Part shown: positions 28,137 through 37,418 of the stretch, in pieces
Numbering within the stretch: the first letter of the stretch is position 1
Layout: each line of letters starts with the position of its first letter
NCBI GenBank assembly: GCA_028825365.1
Contig: JAPKAF010000001.1
Span: forward strand, 22,444 to 86,443
Length of the DNA stretch: 64,000 nt
DNA from: Flavobacteriaceae bacterium
Lineage (GTDB): Bacteria > Bacteroidota > Bacteroidia > Flavobacteriales > Flavobacteriaceae
Reading direction: 5' to 3'
Translations under genes and position numbers: made by a program
Notes under the pieces: generated by a model
What the model saw: only the letters and a program-made list of their open reading frames with translations
Told to the model about the DNA's origin: nothing
The model's database searches: none

Positions 28137-30902
28137 TTACAAATATTCTTTTAAATATTTAGCAGTTAATGATTCATTATTTTTTATTATAAACTCAGGC
28201 TTACCCTTAACAATCAGGTGACCTCCATTTTCTCCACCAACTGGACCTAAATCAATTATATGATCCGAACACTTTATAAGCTCCAAATTATGTTCAACAA
28301 TTACTATTGTGTTACCCAAATCAACTAATGCATTAAAAGATTTTAATAATTTTTTTATATCATGAGTATGTAAACCAGTAGTTGGTTCATCAAATATAAA
28401 CACCCCTTTTTTTGTTTGATTAGCTTTACCTAAAAATGATGCTAATTTAATTCTTTGAGCTTCGCCACCAGAAAGCGTAGAGGAGCTTTGTCCTAATTTA
28501 ACATATCCAAGACCAACATTTTTTAGGGGTAATAATTTTCTGTAGATTTTATTTTCATTAGATTTTTCAAAAAATTCCAATGAGTCATTGATTGTCATAT
28601 TTAAAACATCGTATATATTCTTTTCTGAAAATTTCACGTCAAGAATTTCTCTTTTAAATCTGCTTCCTTTGCATTCGTCACACATTAAATGAACATCTGC
28701 CATGAACTGCATTTCAATTGTTATTTCACCATCTCCTTTACATTTATCACACCTACCGCCATCAACATTAAAAGAAAAATGTTTGGCCTTATAACCTCTT
28801 TGTTTACTTAATTTGTGATTAGAAAAAAGATTTCTAATTTCATCATATGCTTTTATGTAAGTAACAGGATTCGATCTAGAAGATCTTCCAATAGGATTTT
28901 GATTTATAAACTCCACAAAGTCTATGCTGTCTACATCTCCATCAATTTTTGTGTAATCTCCAGGCTTGTTTTCATATATACCTAGCTCGTTTTGTAAAGC
29001 AGGATATAAGATATTTCTAACTAATGAGCTTTTTCCACAGCCAGAAACACCCGTAACAGTTGTGATAACTCCTAGTGGTATACTAATATTAATATTTTTT
29101 AAATTATTTTCTCTAGCTCCGTAAATTTTTATATATTTTTCACTGGCTCTTCTAATTTTTGGAACAGAAATCTCTTTTTCTTTATTTAAATAACTTGCAG
29201 TTATTGATTTTTGTTTAAGAAACTGTTTAAATGTCCCTTCAGCCATCAAATTACCACCCTCCGAGCCTGCCTTAGGACCTATATCAATTATATGGTCAGC
29301 TTGTTTCATAATATCGTGATCGTGCTCTACAACGATAACTGTATTGCCTAAATCTCTTAAGGACTTTAAAACTTTAATTAATTTTAAAGAATCATTTGAG
29401 TGCAAACCTATACTAGGTTCATCTAATATATATAAAGAACCAACTAAACTACTACCTAAAGAAGTAGCTATATTAATCCTTTGACTTTCTCCACCTGATA
29501 AACTTTTTGACTTTCTGTTAAGAGTCAAATAGTCTAAACCAACATTAATTAAGTAATTTAATCTAGAAATAATTTCGATTAAAATTCTTTTAGAAATTTC
29601 CTTATCTGAATCATTTAACTTTAAATCTTTAAAAAATATTAATAAATTTTTAATTGATAAATTAATTAGTTGGGATAATGCTTTGTCATTAATCTTCACA
29701 TAATCAGTCTCTTTCCTTAATCTATTGCCATCACATTCAGTACAAAGTGTTTGACCTCTATATCTAGATAGAAGAACTCTGTTTTGAATCTTGTAAGATT
29801 TAGCTTCAATTTTATTAAAAAAGGCATTAATACCTTTAAAGTATTGATTTCCCTCAAATAAAAGATTTTTTTGCTCAGGGGAAAGCTCGTGATATGGTTT
29901 GTGGATTGGAAAATTAAACTTGTGACTCTGATTTATAAAATCTTTTTTATACTTACTTAATTTTTCACCCTTCCAAGGAAGTATTGCGTCATTATAAACT
30001 GATAGCTCTTTGTTTTTAATAACAAGGTTTTTGTCAATACCCACTATATCCCCATAGCCTTCACATTTATGACATGCTCCATAGGGGTTATTAAAACTAA
30101 ATAGGTTGACAGAAGGTTCTAAAAAAACTTGATTGTCTAATTCAAATCTGGTATTAAAACTATGTGAAGTATTGTTTTTTAAATCCTCAATAAAACAAAC
30201 TCCATTACCTTCAAATATTGCGATCTCAATAGCGTCAGCTAATCTGTTGTAAAATGACTCATCTTTTTGTGTTATTATTCTATCAATAACTAAATAAAAC
30301 AAATTATTTTTAGAGTAAATTATCTCATTAATTTTACTAACATTACCATCATACTTTACTCTGCTATAACCTTGGTTATTTAACAGATCTAATTTTTCTT
30401 TAAAATCTTTTTTACCAGTGACTTTTATTGGAGATAGTAGTAGAAGTTTTTTATTAATTTCAAACTCCTTTACAAATTTAATAATGTCTGTTACACTGTC
30501 TTTTTTAACAATATTATTAGAAGTTGGAGAGTAAGTTTTTCCAATCCTTGCATACAGAAGTTTTAAATAGTCATATATTTCAGTACTTGTTCCAACTGTT
30601 GACCTAGGATTAGTTGTGTTTACTTTTTGTTCTATAGCTATTGCTGGTGAAATCCCCGAAATATAATCAACCTTAGGTTTATCTAACTTACCTAAAAACT
30701 GCCTTGCATAACTGGATAAACTCTCAACATATTTTCTTTGACCTTCTGCATATAAAGTATCAAATGCTAGGGTAGATTTACCAGAGCCAGACAATCCAGT
30801 TATAACAGTTAATTTATTTCTTGGTATTTCAACATCAATATTTTTTAAATTATGAAGTTTAGCCCCCTTTATATAAATATTTTTTTTACTGCTTTTCTTC
30901 AT
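28137..30902 (-). CDS. uvrA: excinuclease ABC subunit A
   Basis: Two ABC ATPase modules (GLSGSGKST, GVSGCGKSS), LSGGE signatures and zinc modules (CHKCEGYG, CTECDGNR, CDKCKGDG, CDECKGSR). I start at ATG 30902 (921 aa) because the track's TTG at 30932 lies inside the -7 box. Confidence 0.9.
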   Translation of the reverse strand: MKKSSKKNIYIKGAKLHNLKNIDVEIPRNKLTVITGLSGSGKSTLAFDTLYAEGQRKYVESLSSYARQFLGKLDKPKVDYISGISPAIAIEQKVNTTNPRSTVGTSTEIYDYLKLLYARIGKTYSPTSNNIVKKDSVTDIIKFVKEFEINKKLLLLSPIKVTGKKDFKEKLDLLNNQGYSRVKYDGNVSKINEIIYSKNNLFYLVIDRIITQKDESFYNRLADAIEIAIFEGNGVCFIEDLKNNTSHSFNTRFELDNQVFLEPSVNLFSFNNPYGACHKCEGYGDIVGIDKNLVIKNKELSVYNDAILPWKGEKLSKYKKDFINQSHKFNFPIHKPYHELSPEQKNLLFEGNQYFKGINAFFNKIEAKSYKIQNRVLLSRYRGQTLCTECDGNRLRKETDYVKINDKALSQLINLSIKNLLIFFKDLKLNDSDKEISKRILIEIISRLNYLINVGLDYLTLNRKSKSLSGGESQRINIATSLGSSLVGSLYILDEPSIGLHSNDSLKLIKVLKSLRDLGNTVIVVEHDHDIMKQADHIIDIGPKAGSEGGNLMAEGTFKQFLKQKSITASYLNKEKEISVPKIRRASEKYIKIYGARENNLKNINISIPLGVITTVTGVSGCGKSSLVRNILYPALQNELGIYENKPGDYTKIDGDVDSIDFVEFINQNPIGRSSRSNPVTYIKAYDEIRNLFSNHKLSKQRGYKAKHFSFNVDGGRCDKCKGDGEITIEMQFMADVHLMCDECKGSRFKREILDVKFSEKNIYDVLNMTINDSLEFFEKSNENKIYRKLLPLKNVGLGYVKLGQSSSTLSGGEAQRIKLASFLGKANQTKKGVFIFDEPTTGLHTHDIKKLLKSFNALVDLGNTIVIVEHNLELIKCSDHIIDLGPVGGENGGHLIVKGKPEFIIKNNESLTAKYLKEYL

Positions 30903-30929
30903 GTATGACCCTAAAAATTTTAATAATTT

Positions 30930-30937
30930 CAAATATA
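30930..30937 (-). promoter_or_regulatory. -7 box (TATATTTG on the reverse strand) for uvrA
   Basis: The + strand reads CAAATATA, lying 27 nt upstream of ATG 30902. Confidence 0.4.
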
Positions 30938-31009
30938 ATATATATTAAATTTATCCTAACTTAAAGATTACTTTTTTATTACTTTTTTTGGAAATTAAAT
31001 GAATAAGCC

Positions 31010-31017
31010 TATATTTG
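31010..31017 (+). promoter_or_regulatory. possible -7 box (TATATTTG) for the ECF sigma gene
   Basis: Perfect TAnnTTTG, but it lies about 100 nt upstream of ATG 31118 and would require a long leader. Confidence 0.25.
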
Positions 31018-31117
31018 ATTATAATATTTAATCTTAATGCCTATAGAATAACATTACTTTTTTTAAATTTTTAGTTTAAATAAATCACAATTTCTTGTTG
31101 TGAAAAAATGTAATGTT

Positions 31118-31705
31118 ATGGTTAATAAGTATAAATTTTCAGATTCTCAGTTAATTAGTGATTATTTAAAAGGTGACGAGTTTTGTCTTGAAATATTAAT
31201 AAAAAGACACAAACAAAAGCTTTACAATTTTATATATTCTAAAATCTTAGACAGAGATTTGACAGAAGATGTTTTTCAAGATACTTTTATAAAAGTAATT
31301 AGAACTTTAAAATTGGGTAATTATAATGAGGAGGGTAAATTTGTCTCATGGGTTATGAGAATAGCTCATAATTTAGTAATTGATCATTTTAGAAAAAACA
31401 AGAGACTTCAAAAATTTCAAAGTTCTGACAGTTTTGATATATTTTCAGTTCTAAAAGATAATTCTCTTGACGCTGAAGATAATTTGATAAAAAATCAAAT
31501 AGATAACGATGTTAGAGACTTAATAGAGCTACTTCCTGCTGACCAAAAAGAGGTTTTGGTATATAGATTTTATAATGATTTAAGTTTTAAGGAAATTTCA
31601 AATAAAACTGGAGTTAGTATCAATACTTCATTAGGAAGAATGCGATATGCACTTATAAATCTAAGAAGTATTATTTCTAAAAAAAACATATCTCTTACGA
31701 GGTAA
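31118..31705 (+). CDS. RNA polymerase sigma-70 factor, ECF subfamily
   Basis: Region 2 (DVFQDTFIKV...VSWVMRIAHNLVIDHFRK) and region 4 (LPADQKEVLVYRFYNDLSFKEISNKTGVSINTSLGRMRYA) are recognisable. The track starts at GTG 31100, but ATG 31118 looks more likely. Confidence 0.8.
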   Translation: MVNKYKFSDSQLISDYLKGDEFCLEILIKRHKQKLYNFIYSKILDRDLTEDVFQDTFIKVIRTLKLGNYNEEGKFVSWVMRIAHNLVIDHFRKNKRLQKFQSSDSFDIFSVLKDNSLDAEDNLIKNQIDNDVRDLIELLPADQKEVLVYRFYNDLSFKEISNKTGVSINTSLGRMRYALINLRSIISKKNISLTR

Positions 31706-31746
31706 CAATAAATTAATATTTTGCTCGTTATAAATTAAAATATAAT

Positions 31747-31890
31747 ATGCAAAAAAATTACTTTAAAAAAAACTTACAATCATCAAATTTAAATCCAAAA
31801 AAAGAAACAATTAGGTTTCTTTTAGACTATTCAAAATCATTAAATATTATAAACTTAAATTTTGGTCAGATAGAAATAAATCTTAATTAG
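31747..31890 (+). CDS. possible 47-aa small ORF downstream of the sigma gene (hand-called)
   Basis: MQKNYFKKNLQSSNLNPKKETIRFLLDYSKSLNIINLNFGQIEINLN has no TM segment. Its 3' end overlaps the nth stop by 8 nt. The only support is its position. Confidence 0.25.
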   Translation: MQKNYFKKNLQSSNLNPKKETIRFLLDYSKSLNIINLNFGQIEINLN

Positions 31891-32536
31891 ACTTTAGATA
31901 GTCATTAATTATTTTTTTTCTCCCTATTTTATTTGTTATAATATCTTTGCTTAAATCCCAACCACGTGCTGGTGAATATTCTCTTCCATACCATATAATT
32001 TGTAAATGTAACTTGTTCCACAAATTTTTCGGAAATGCTTTTTTAGCATCTTCTTCAGTTTTTTTAACATTTTTACCTGTGGATATCTTCCATCTGTAAA
32101 GAAGTCTATGTATATGGGTGTCTACTGGGAATGCTGGCACCTTAAATGCTTGAGCCATGACAACACCAGCAGTTTTATGGCCTACTGCAGGTAGTTCTTC
32201 TAAAAGGTCAAAGTCTGCAGGAACCTTACCATTATGCTTGTTTATTATGATTTCTGATAGTCCGTGAATTCCTTTACTTTTCATTGGAGACAGGCCACAT
32301 GGTCTTATTATAGCTTTGATTTCTTCAACGGACATTTTTATCATATCATAGGGGTTATCTGCTTTTTTAAATAAAATCGGTGTTATTTTATTCACTCTAA
32401 CATCAGTACATTGAGCTGAAAGAAGTACTGCTATTAAAAGAGTATAAGGATCTTTATGATCTAGTGGCACAGGAACTTCAGGATATTTTTTTTCCAGTTC
32501 ATCTATTATGAATTTTATACTTTCCTTTTTATTCAT
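31883..32536 (-). CDS. nth: endonuclease III
   Basis: 217 aa with an HhH-GPD pattern (LPAVGHKTAGVVMAQAF) and typical length. Confidence 0.85.
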   Translation of the reverse strand: MNKKESIKFIIDELEKKYPEVPVPLDHKDPYTLLIAVLLSAQCTDVRVNKITPILFKKADNPYDMIKMSVEEIKAIIRPCGLSPMKSKGIHGLSEIIINKHNGKVPADFDLLEELPAVGHKTAGVVMAQAFKVPAFPVDTHIHRLLYRWKISTGKNVKKTEEDAKKAFPKNLWNKLHLQIIWYGREYSPARGWDLSKDIITNKIGRKKIINDYLKSN

Positions 32537-32560
32537 TTATATTATATTTACTTTCAATTT

Positions 32561-32568
32561 CAAATATA
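32561..32568 (-). promoter_or_regulatory. -7 box (TATATTTG on the reverse strand) for nth
   Basis: The + strand reads CAAATATA, lying 24 nt upstream of ATG 32536. Confidence 0.4.
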
Positions 32569-32574
32569 GCAATT

Positions 32575-33033
32575 ATGGGTTTATTAAAAGTAGGGGACAA
32601 GCTTCCTGTTTTTGAGTGTCTTGATGACAAGGGTAATACTGTTAAAACTGAAGACTTATCGTCTAAAAAGTGTGTCATATTCTTTTATCCGAAGGCTAAT
32701 ACACCAGGTTGTACTGCTCAAGCATGTAATTTATCTGATAATTTTTCTGAATTATCAAAAAATGGTTATTCAGTTTATGGTGTAAGTGCAGATAAAGTTA
32801 AATCTCAATCTTCATTTTCAAATAAGTTTGGCGGATTTCCTTACCCTTTATTAGCAGATGTGAATAAAGATATTATAAATTCTTTTGGAGTTTGGGGGCC
32901 TAAAAAATTTATGGGTAGAGAATATGAAGGTATATTAAGAACTACTTTTATTACAGATGAAAGTGGTGTAATAACTAAGGTAATTGAGAAAGTAAAAACG
33001 AAAGACCATACTAGTCAGATACTAGATGTTTAA
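32575..33033 (+). CDS. bcp: thioredoxin-dependent peroxiredoxin Bcp
   Basis: 152 aa with the peroxidatic motif FYPKANTPGCT and a resolving Cys five residues later. Confidence 0.85.
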   Translation: MGLLKVGDKLPVFECLDDKGNTVKTEDLSSKKCVIFFYPKANTPGCTAQACNLSDNFSELSKNGYSVYGVSADKVKSQSSFSNKFGGFPYPLLADVNKDIINSFGVWGPKKFMGREYEGILRTTFITDESGVITKVIEKVKTKDHTSQILDV

Positions 33034-33131
33034 TAATTAACTACATGATTTTATAAAAACCTTTTGGTTGTGAATTATTAGACATAATTTAAATAGGGTG
33101 ATTTTAATAAACAAATAACCAGAACTCTAAT

Positions 33132-34559
33132 TTACTTATAGCCAAAGAGTTTTTGATCTTTAATTAGTTTTGTTACTCCTTCTGGTAACATTTCCTCCCA
33201 TTTAGGATCTCCGTTATTTATTAAAGCAAGAACTTCTCTAGAAAATATTTTTAAGTGTTCTACATTGTAATCTTCTACATCTTGAACTTTATTGTTGTAT
33301 TTAAAAAACTTATAAAGTTCTTTCATTCTAGGATGAACTTTTAAATTATCACTGTTGATTATTTCTCCGTCTTCATTTAACATCGGATAAGCAAAGACTT
33401 TTACGTTTTTGAAAAACAGTTTTCCAAATGCTTCTAAAATTCCACCACTAAGATGTGTATAATATTTAGGGTCAAATATTTCAATTAGATTATTTATACC
33501 CATCGTAAGACCAATTTTTTTCTTGGTATACAAAGAAAAATACTCAACAAGTTTAAAGTATTCTTTAAAGTTAGATATTAGGACAGTTTGACCAAGTGAA
33601 CAAAGTAATTTAGCTCTATCTAGGAAATCTTGTTCATCAATTTCACCGTCACTTTTTAAATTAGACAGTGTGATTTCAAAAACCACTTGTGTGTTTTCTA
33701 AGTCAACATTTTTTTGTTTTAAAAATAACTTAATAGAATTTAAGTACATTTCAACATTTACTTTAGTTACAGGTCTAAAGCTTCCTCTTAGAGCTAAGAT
33801 ATTTTTTTTATATAAAATTTTCGCTGGTAATACATTTTTACCATCAGGAGAAAACATCACTGCATCCGTCATTCCTTTTTTTACCAATTGTAAACTAATC
33901 AACCTATTATCAACATCCTTAAATATTGGGCCAGAGAAATTTATAGTATCTATTTCTAGTTGATCTTTATCTAGGTTGTCATATAAATACTTTAATAACT
34001 TTTTTGGTTTATTATATTTATAAAAAGCACTATAAATTAAGTTTGTCCCTAATATCCCTAAAGTCTCTTGTTGTAATCTTGCTACATTTTCCTTAAATCT
34101 AATATGTATAATTATTTCATTATAATCACCACCAGGCTCTACTTGAAATTTTATACCTACCCAACCATGGCCTTTGAATTTTTTCGCAAAATCGATCGTA
34201 GCTACGGTATTAGCAAAGGAAAAAAACAATTTATCAGGATGCTTGTCACGAGTTAATCTCTTTTCAATTAAATCTGTTTCCCAAACAAGCATTTTTCTTA
34301 ACCTTTTTTCTGTAACATATCTTTTATCATTTTCTATTCCATAAATAGCATCACTAAAATCTTTATCATATGCGGACATTGATTTTGCTATTGTACTAGA
34401 TGCTCCTCCAGCTCTAAAAAATTGTCTAACAGTTTCTTGCCCAGCACCTATTTCGGCAAATGAACCGTAAATATTTTCGTTTAAGTTAATTTTCAAAGCT
34501 TTCTGCTTAGTAGTAGGGACAGTATTTACTACAGAATCACCATTATGAATTATATCCAT
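33132..34559 (-). CDS. conserved-looking cytoplasmic protein of unknown function
   Basis: 475-aa ORF with its own -7 box, no signal peptide and no TM segment. I cannot place the distinctive N-terminal motif FAEIGAGQETVRQFFRAGGASSTIAKSMSAYD in a known family. Confidence 0.6.
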   Translation of the reverse strand: MDIIHNGDSVVNTVPTTKQKALKINLNENIYGSFAEIGAGQETVRQFFRAGGASSTIAKSMSAYDKDFSDAIYGIENDKRYVTEKRLRKMLVWETDLIEKRLTRDKHPDKLFFSFANTVATIDFAKKFKGHGWVGIKFQVEPGGDYNEIIIHIRFKENVARLQQETLGILGTNLIYSAFYKYNKPKKLLKYLYDNLDKDQLEIDTINFSGPIFKDVDNRLISLQLVKKGMTDAVMFSPDGKNVLPAKILYKKNILALRGSFRPVTKVNVEMYLNSIKLFLKQKNVDLENTQVVFEITLSNLKSDGEIDEQDFLDRAKLLCSLGQTVLISNFKEYFKLVEYFSLYTKKKIGLTMGINNLIEIFDPKYYTHLSGGILEAFGKLFFKNVKVFAYPMLNEDGEIINSDNLKVHPRMKELYKFFKYNNKVQDVEDYNVEHLKIFSREVLALINNGDPKWEEMLPEGVTKLIKDQKLFGYK

Positions 34560-34593
34560 TTCTTAGATTTTATAACATATAAATTACATATAC

Positions 34594-34601
34594 AAATGTA
34601 T
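34594..34601 (-). promoter_or_regulatory. -7 box (TACATTTG on the reverse strand) for the 475-aa gene
   Basis: The + strand reads CAAATGTA, lying 34 nt upstream of ATG 34559. Confidence 0.4.
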
Positions 34602-34654
34602 TAAAAATTGTTTTGCCAAAGAAAAATATTCTATTTTTATGATAATATTTTATT

Positions 34655-35422
34655 ATGCTAAAAATTACTTTTTTGGGCACCGGTACATCCCAGGGTATCC
34701 CTGTGATAGGTAGTAATCATCCTGTTTGCAAGAGTGCTGATGAAAAAGACCGAAGACTACGATCCTCTATTTTAGTAAATTGGAAAACATTTAATTATGT
34801 AATAGATTGCGGTCCTGATTTTAGATATCAAATGCTTAGAGTCGGATGCGATAAGATTAATGGTTTGTTTTTTACACACGAACATAGTGATCATGTTGCT
34901 GGATTAGATGATTTAAGGCCTTTTTACTTTCATCATGGAGATATTAACATTTACGCCCATAAAAGAGTTGTAAAGAATTTAAAAAGACGCTATGACTACA
35001 TATTTGATAATAAAAACATGTATCCTGGCATCCCTGTTATTAATCCGATAGAAATTAATAATAATTCTTTTAATGTGCATGGTTTAGAAATAGTACCAGT
35101 CAATGTTTATCACAACAAGCTGCAAGTATTTGGTTTTAGAATTAAAAACTTTGCATATATAACTGATATGAAGACTATTTCAGAAAAAGAATTAAAAAAA
35201 CTATCTAACTTAAATGTTCTAGTTTTAAACTGTTTAAGAATAGAAGAGCATCATTCGCATTTGAATTTAACAGAGGCGATTGAACTTGTAAATAAAATAA
35301 ACCCAAAGGTTTGTTATTTTACTCATATTAGCCATCATTTAGGTTTTCATAAAGAAGTTGAAAAAATATTGCCTAAAAATATTTTTTTGGCGTACGATGA
35401 ATTAAGCTTAAACATTAACTAG
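34655..35422 (+). CDS. MBL-fold metallo-hydrolase (PhnP-like)
   Basis: 255 aa with the HxHxDH motif in FFTHEHSDHVAGLDDL. Confidence 0.75.
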   Translation: MLKITFLGTGTSQGIPVIGSNHPVCKSADEKDRRLRSSILVNWKTFNYVIDCGPDFRYQMLRVGCDKINGLFFTHEHSDHVAGLDDLRPFYFHHGDINIYAHKRVVKNLKRRYDYIFDNKNMYPGIPVINPIEINNNSFNVHGLEIVPVNVYHNKLQVFGFRIKNFAYITDMKTISEKELKKLSNLNVLVLNCLRIEEHHSHLNLTEAIELVNKINPKVCYFTHISHHLGFHKEVEKILPKNIFLAYDELSLNIN

Positions 35423-36074
35423 TAGATTCAAGCCAATTTTTAAAATCATAAAAATTATCAGCTGATATTGTATGCCCTGAATCAAACTCTTTATAGTTAT
35501 GATTTATAGTTTTTTCTTTAAGAATCTCTATTGATTTTCTAGCCCAATCTACAGGGATGACAGGATCCTGAGTACCATGTGAAATATATAAATTTAAGTT
35601 AGAGTAATCTAAATCATTGATTTTGGTAAATACCATAGCTTCATCAATATACCCGCTAAACCCAATTATTTTTTTAAATCTTTTAGGGTAATTTAATCCA
35701 AGAGCATAACTAAGGATTGTTCCTTGACTAAAACCAAGAAGGGAGATATCATTAGAATCAATAGGATATTTATTGACTACCTCATCTAAAAATTTAGCTA
35801 TTAATTTAATTGAATCTTTTGCTTGATTATGATCATTAAACTTATTCATATCATTATCAAAATTAATGTTATACCAAGCATACCCACCAGTAGGTAAAGT
35901 ATAAGGAGCTCTAATAGAAATAACAGTATATTTTTCTGGAAGGTAATTAGCGAAAGAATGTAAATCCCCTTCGTTGCTTCCAAAACCATGCATTAATAAC
36001 AATAGGGGAGTGTTCTCATTAGATTTGATTGACTCTTTGATTAAATATTTTATGGATAAGTCTTCTTTTAACAT
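35415..36074 (-). CDS. alpha/beta hydrolase, phospholipase/carboxylesterase family
   Basis: 219 aa with the nucleophile elbow GFSQG and a C-terminal HG...D/H pattern. Confidence 0.7.
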   Translation of the reverse strand: MLKEDLSIKYLIKESIKSNENTPLLLLMHGFGSNEGDLHSFANYLPEKYTVISIRAPYTLPTGGYAWYNINFDNDMNKFNDHNQAKDSIKLIAKFLDEVVNKYPIDSNDISLLGFSQGTILSYALGLNYPKRFKKIIGFSGYIDEAMVFTKINDLDYSNLNLYISHGTQDPVIPVDWARKSIEILKEKTINHNYKEFDSGHTISADNFYDFKNWLESTS

Positions 36075-37330
36075 TACTTAAAGATTGAGAGTTTGTTTTT
36101 ATTTATCACTCCATAAACTTTACCGCTTAATTTTGAATCTAAAAAAATAGAATTTTTAGATTTAGAAAAAATATGCTTATCATTAAAAACATACTCCTTG
36201 TTCGGGTTAAATAAAGTTAAATTAGCTATTTCCCCAATTTGAATTTTATTTTGAGGAATTTTAAAAATATCTCTACCAGATGTTAGCAATTTTATAGTCA
36301 TTTTAGTAGAGAAAAGTGTGTTTAATGCACCAAAAATACTCTCTAACCCAATTGTACCAAATTCTGCATTATCAAACTCTGTTTTCTTTAACTCAATATT
36401 TAACGGATTGTGATCTGAAGTTACCATATCTATTGTTCCGTCTTTAACCCCTTCAATTAAAGATTTGATATCCTCTTTGGTTCTTAATGGTGGTAGAACT
36501 TTAAAATTTGTATTAAAGTTTAATAAACTACTATCGGAAAAAAATAAATTATGAACAGCGACACTACAACTCACATTTAATTTACTTGCTTTAGCAGCTC
36601 TAATTAATTCAACAGATTTAGTAGTTGAGATTGTTGGAATATGTAGTTTACCACCAGCATACTCTAGAATTGATAAATCTCTCATTATTTGCACTTCTTC
36701 TGATAAACAAGGGCTTCCTTTTAAACCCAATGAGGTACTCATTATATTTTCATTAACCATCCCGTTATTAGATAAAACTTCATCTTCAGGATAAGAAAGA
36801 ACTACTCCTTCAAAGGAAGAAGTGTATTGTAGAGCTAACTTTAAAGTATTGGCATTAGAGATTGATTTTTTATAATTTCCAAAACAAATTGCCCCACCAT
36901 TTTTCATATCAAACATTTCTGTGAGTTTTGGGTTTGAATCTGAGCTGGTTAAAGCACCTATTGGATATATTTCTACAGTGCTATTTGTACATTTGTGTTT
37001 TATGTATTCTATTTGAGATCTACTATTAATAACAGGGTTAGTATTGGGCTGTAAAGCTACCGCTGTAAATCCTGATCTAGAAGCCGTTTTTAACCCATTT
37101 TCTATTGTTTCCCTATCTTCGAATCCCGGTTCACCAAAACATACACTAGAATCAAACCAACCTCTAGAAACATGCAGATTAGTTAGGTTAATTTCATTGA
37201 AATTTTTAGGGTTATTAATATTGAAATCAATATTAATTATTAATCCATTCTCTATTAAAATATCAACTTTTTCATTATGAAATTCACTAGTTTTATCTAA
37301 AATTGTTACTGATTTTAATAGTGAGTTCAT
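36074..37330 (-). CDS. dihydroorotase-like amidohydrolase lacking the HxH metal motif (probable non-catalytic PyrC-prime type)
   Basis: 418 aa aligning by eye to type I DHOase (GEPGFEDRETIENG, PNTNP, TSDHNP). Where DxHxHxRxPG is expected, the sequence is DSSVCFGEPG. Confidence 0.7.
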   Translation of the reverse strand: MNSLLKSVTILDKTSEFHNEKVDILIENGLIINIDFNINNPKNFNEINLTNLHVSRGWFDSSVCFGEPGFEDRETIENGLKTASRSGFTAVALQPNTNPVINSRSQIEYIKHKCTNSTVEIYPIGALTSSDSNPKLTEMFDMKNGGAICFGNYKKSISNANTLKLALQYTSSFEGVVLSYPEDEVLSNNGMVNENIMSTSLGLKGSPCLSEEVQIMRDLSILEYAGGKLHIPTISTTKSVELIRAAKASKLNVSCSVAVHNLFFSDSSLLNFNTNFKVLPPLRTKEDIKSLIEGVKDGTIDMVTSDHNPLNIELKKTEFDNAEFGTIGLESIFGALNTLFSTKMTIKLLTSGRDIFKIPQNKIQIGEIANLTLFNPNKEYVFNDKHIFSKSKNSIFLDSKLSGKVYGVINKNKLSIFK

Positions 37331-37366
37331 TTATGAAAGTTAATATTAAATGAATTATAATTTTGA

Positions 37367-37374
37367 CAAAAATA
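37367..37374 (-). promoter_or_regulatory. -7 box (TATTTTTG on the reverse strand) for the DHOase-like/esterase pair
   Basis: The + strand reads CAAAAATA, lying 36 nt upstream of ATG 37330. Confidence 0.4.
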
Positions 37375-37418
37375 GCAAAAGCTTTTCTATTTATTTGACA
37401 TAAACTTTTTTTTATTAG

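Noticed and set aside
28137-30902. Treating uvrA as a class II or drug-resistance UvrA paralogue.
   Set aside because: The protein is full length (about 921 aa), with all four Cys-rich zinc modules and both ABC modules. Nothing in the sequence indicates loss of the UvrB-binding or insertion domains.
33034-33131. Hairpin AAAACC-TTTT-GGTTGT as a terminator after bcp.
   Set aside because: The stem is only 4-6 bp with a mismatch and has no T-run, which is too weak to call.
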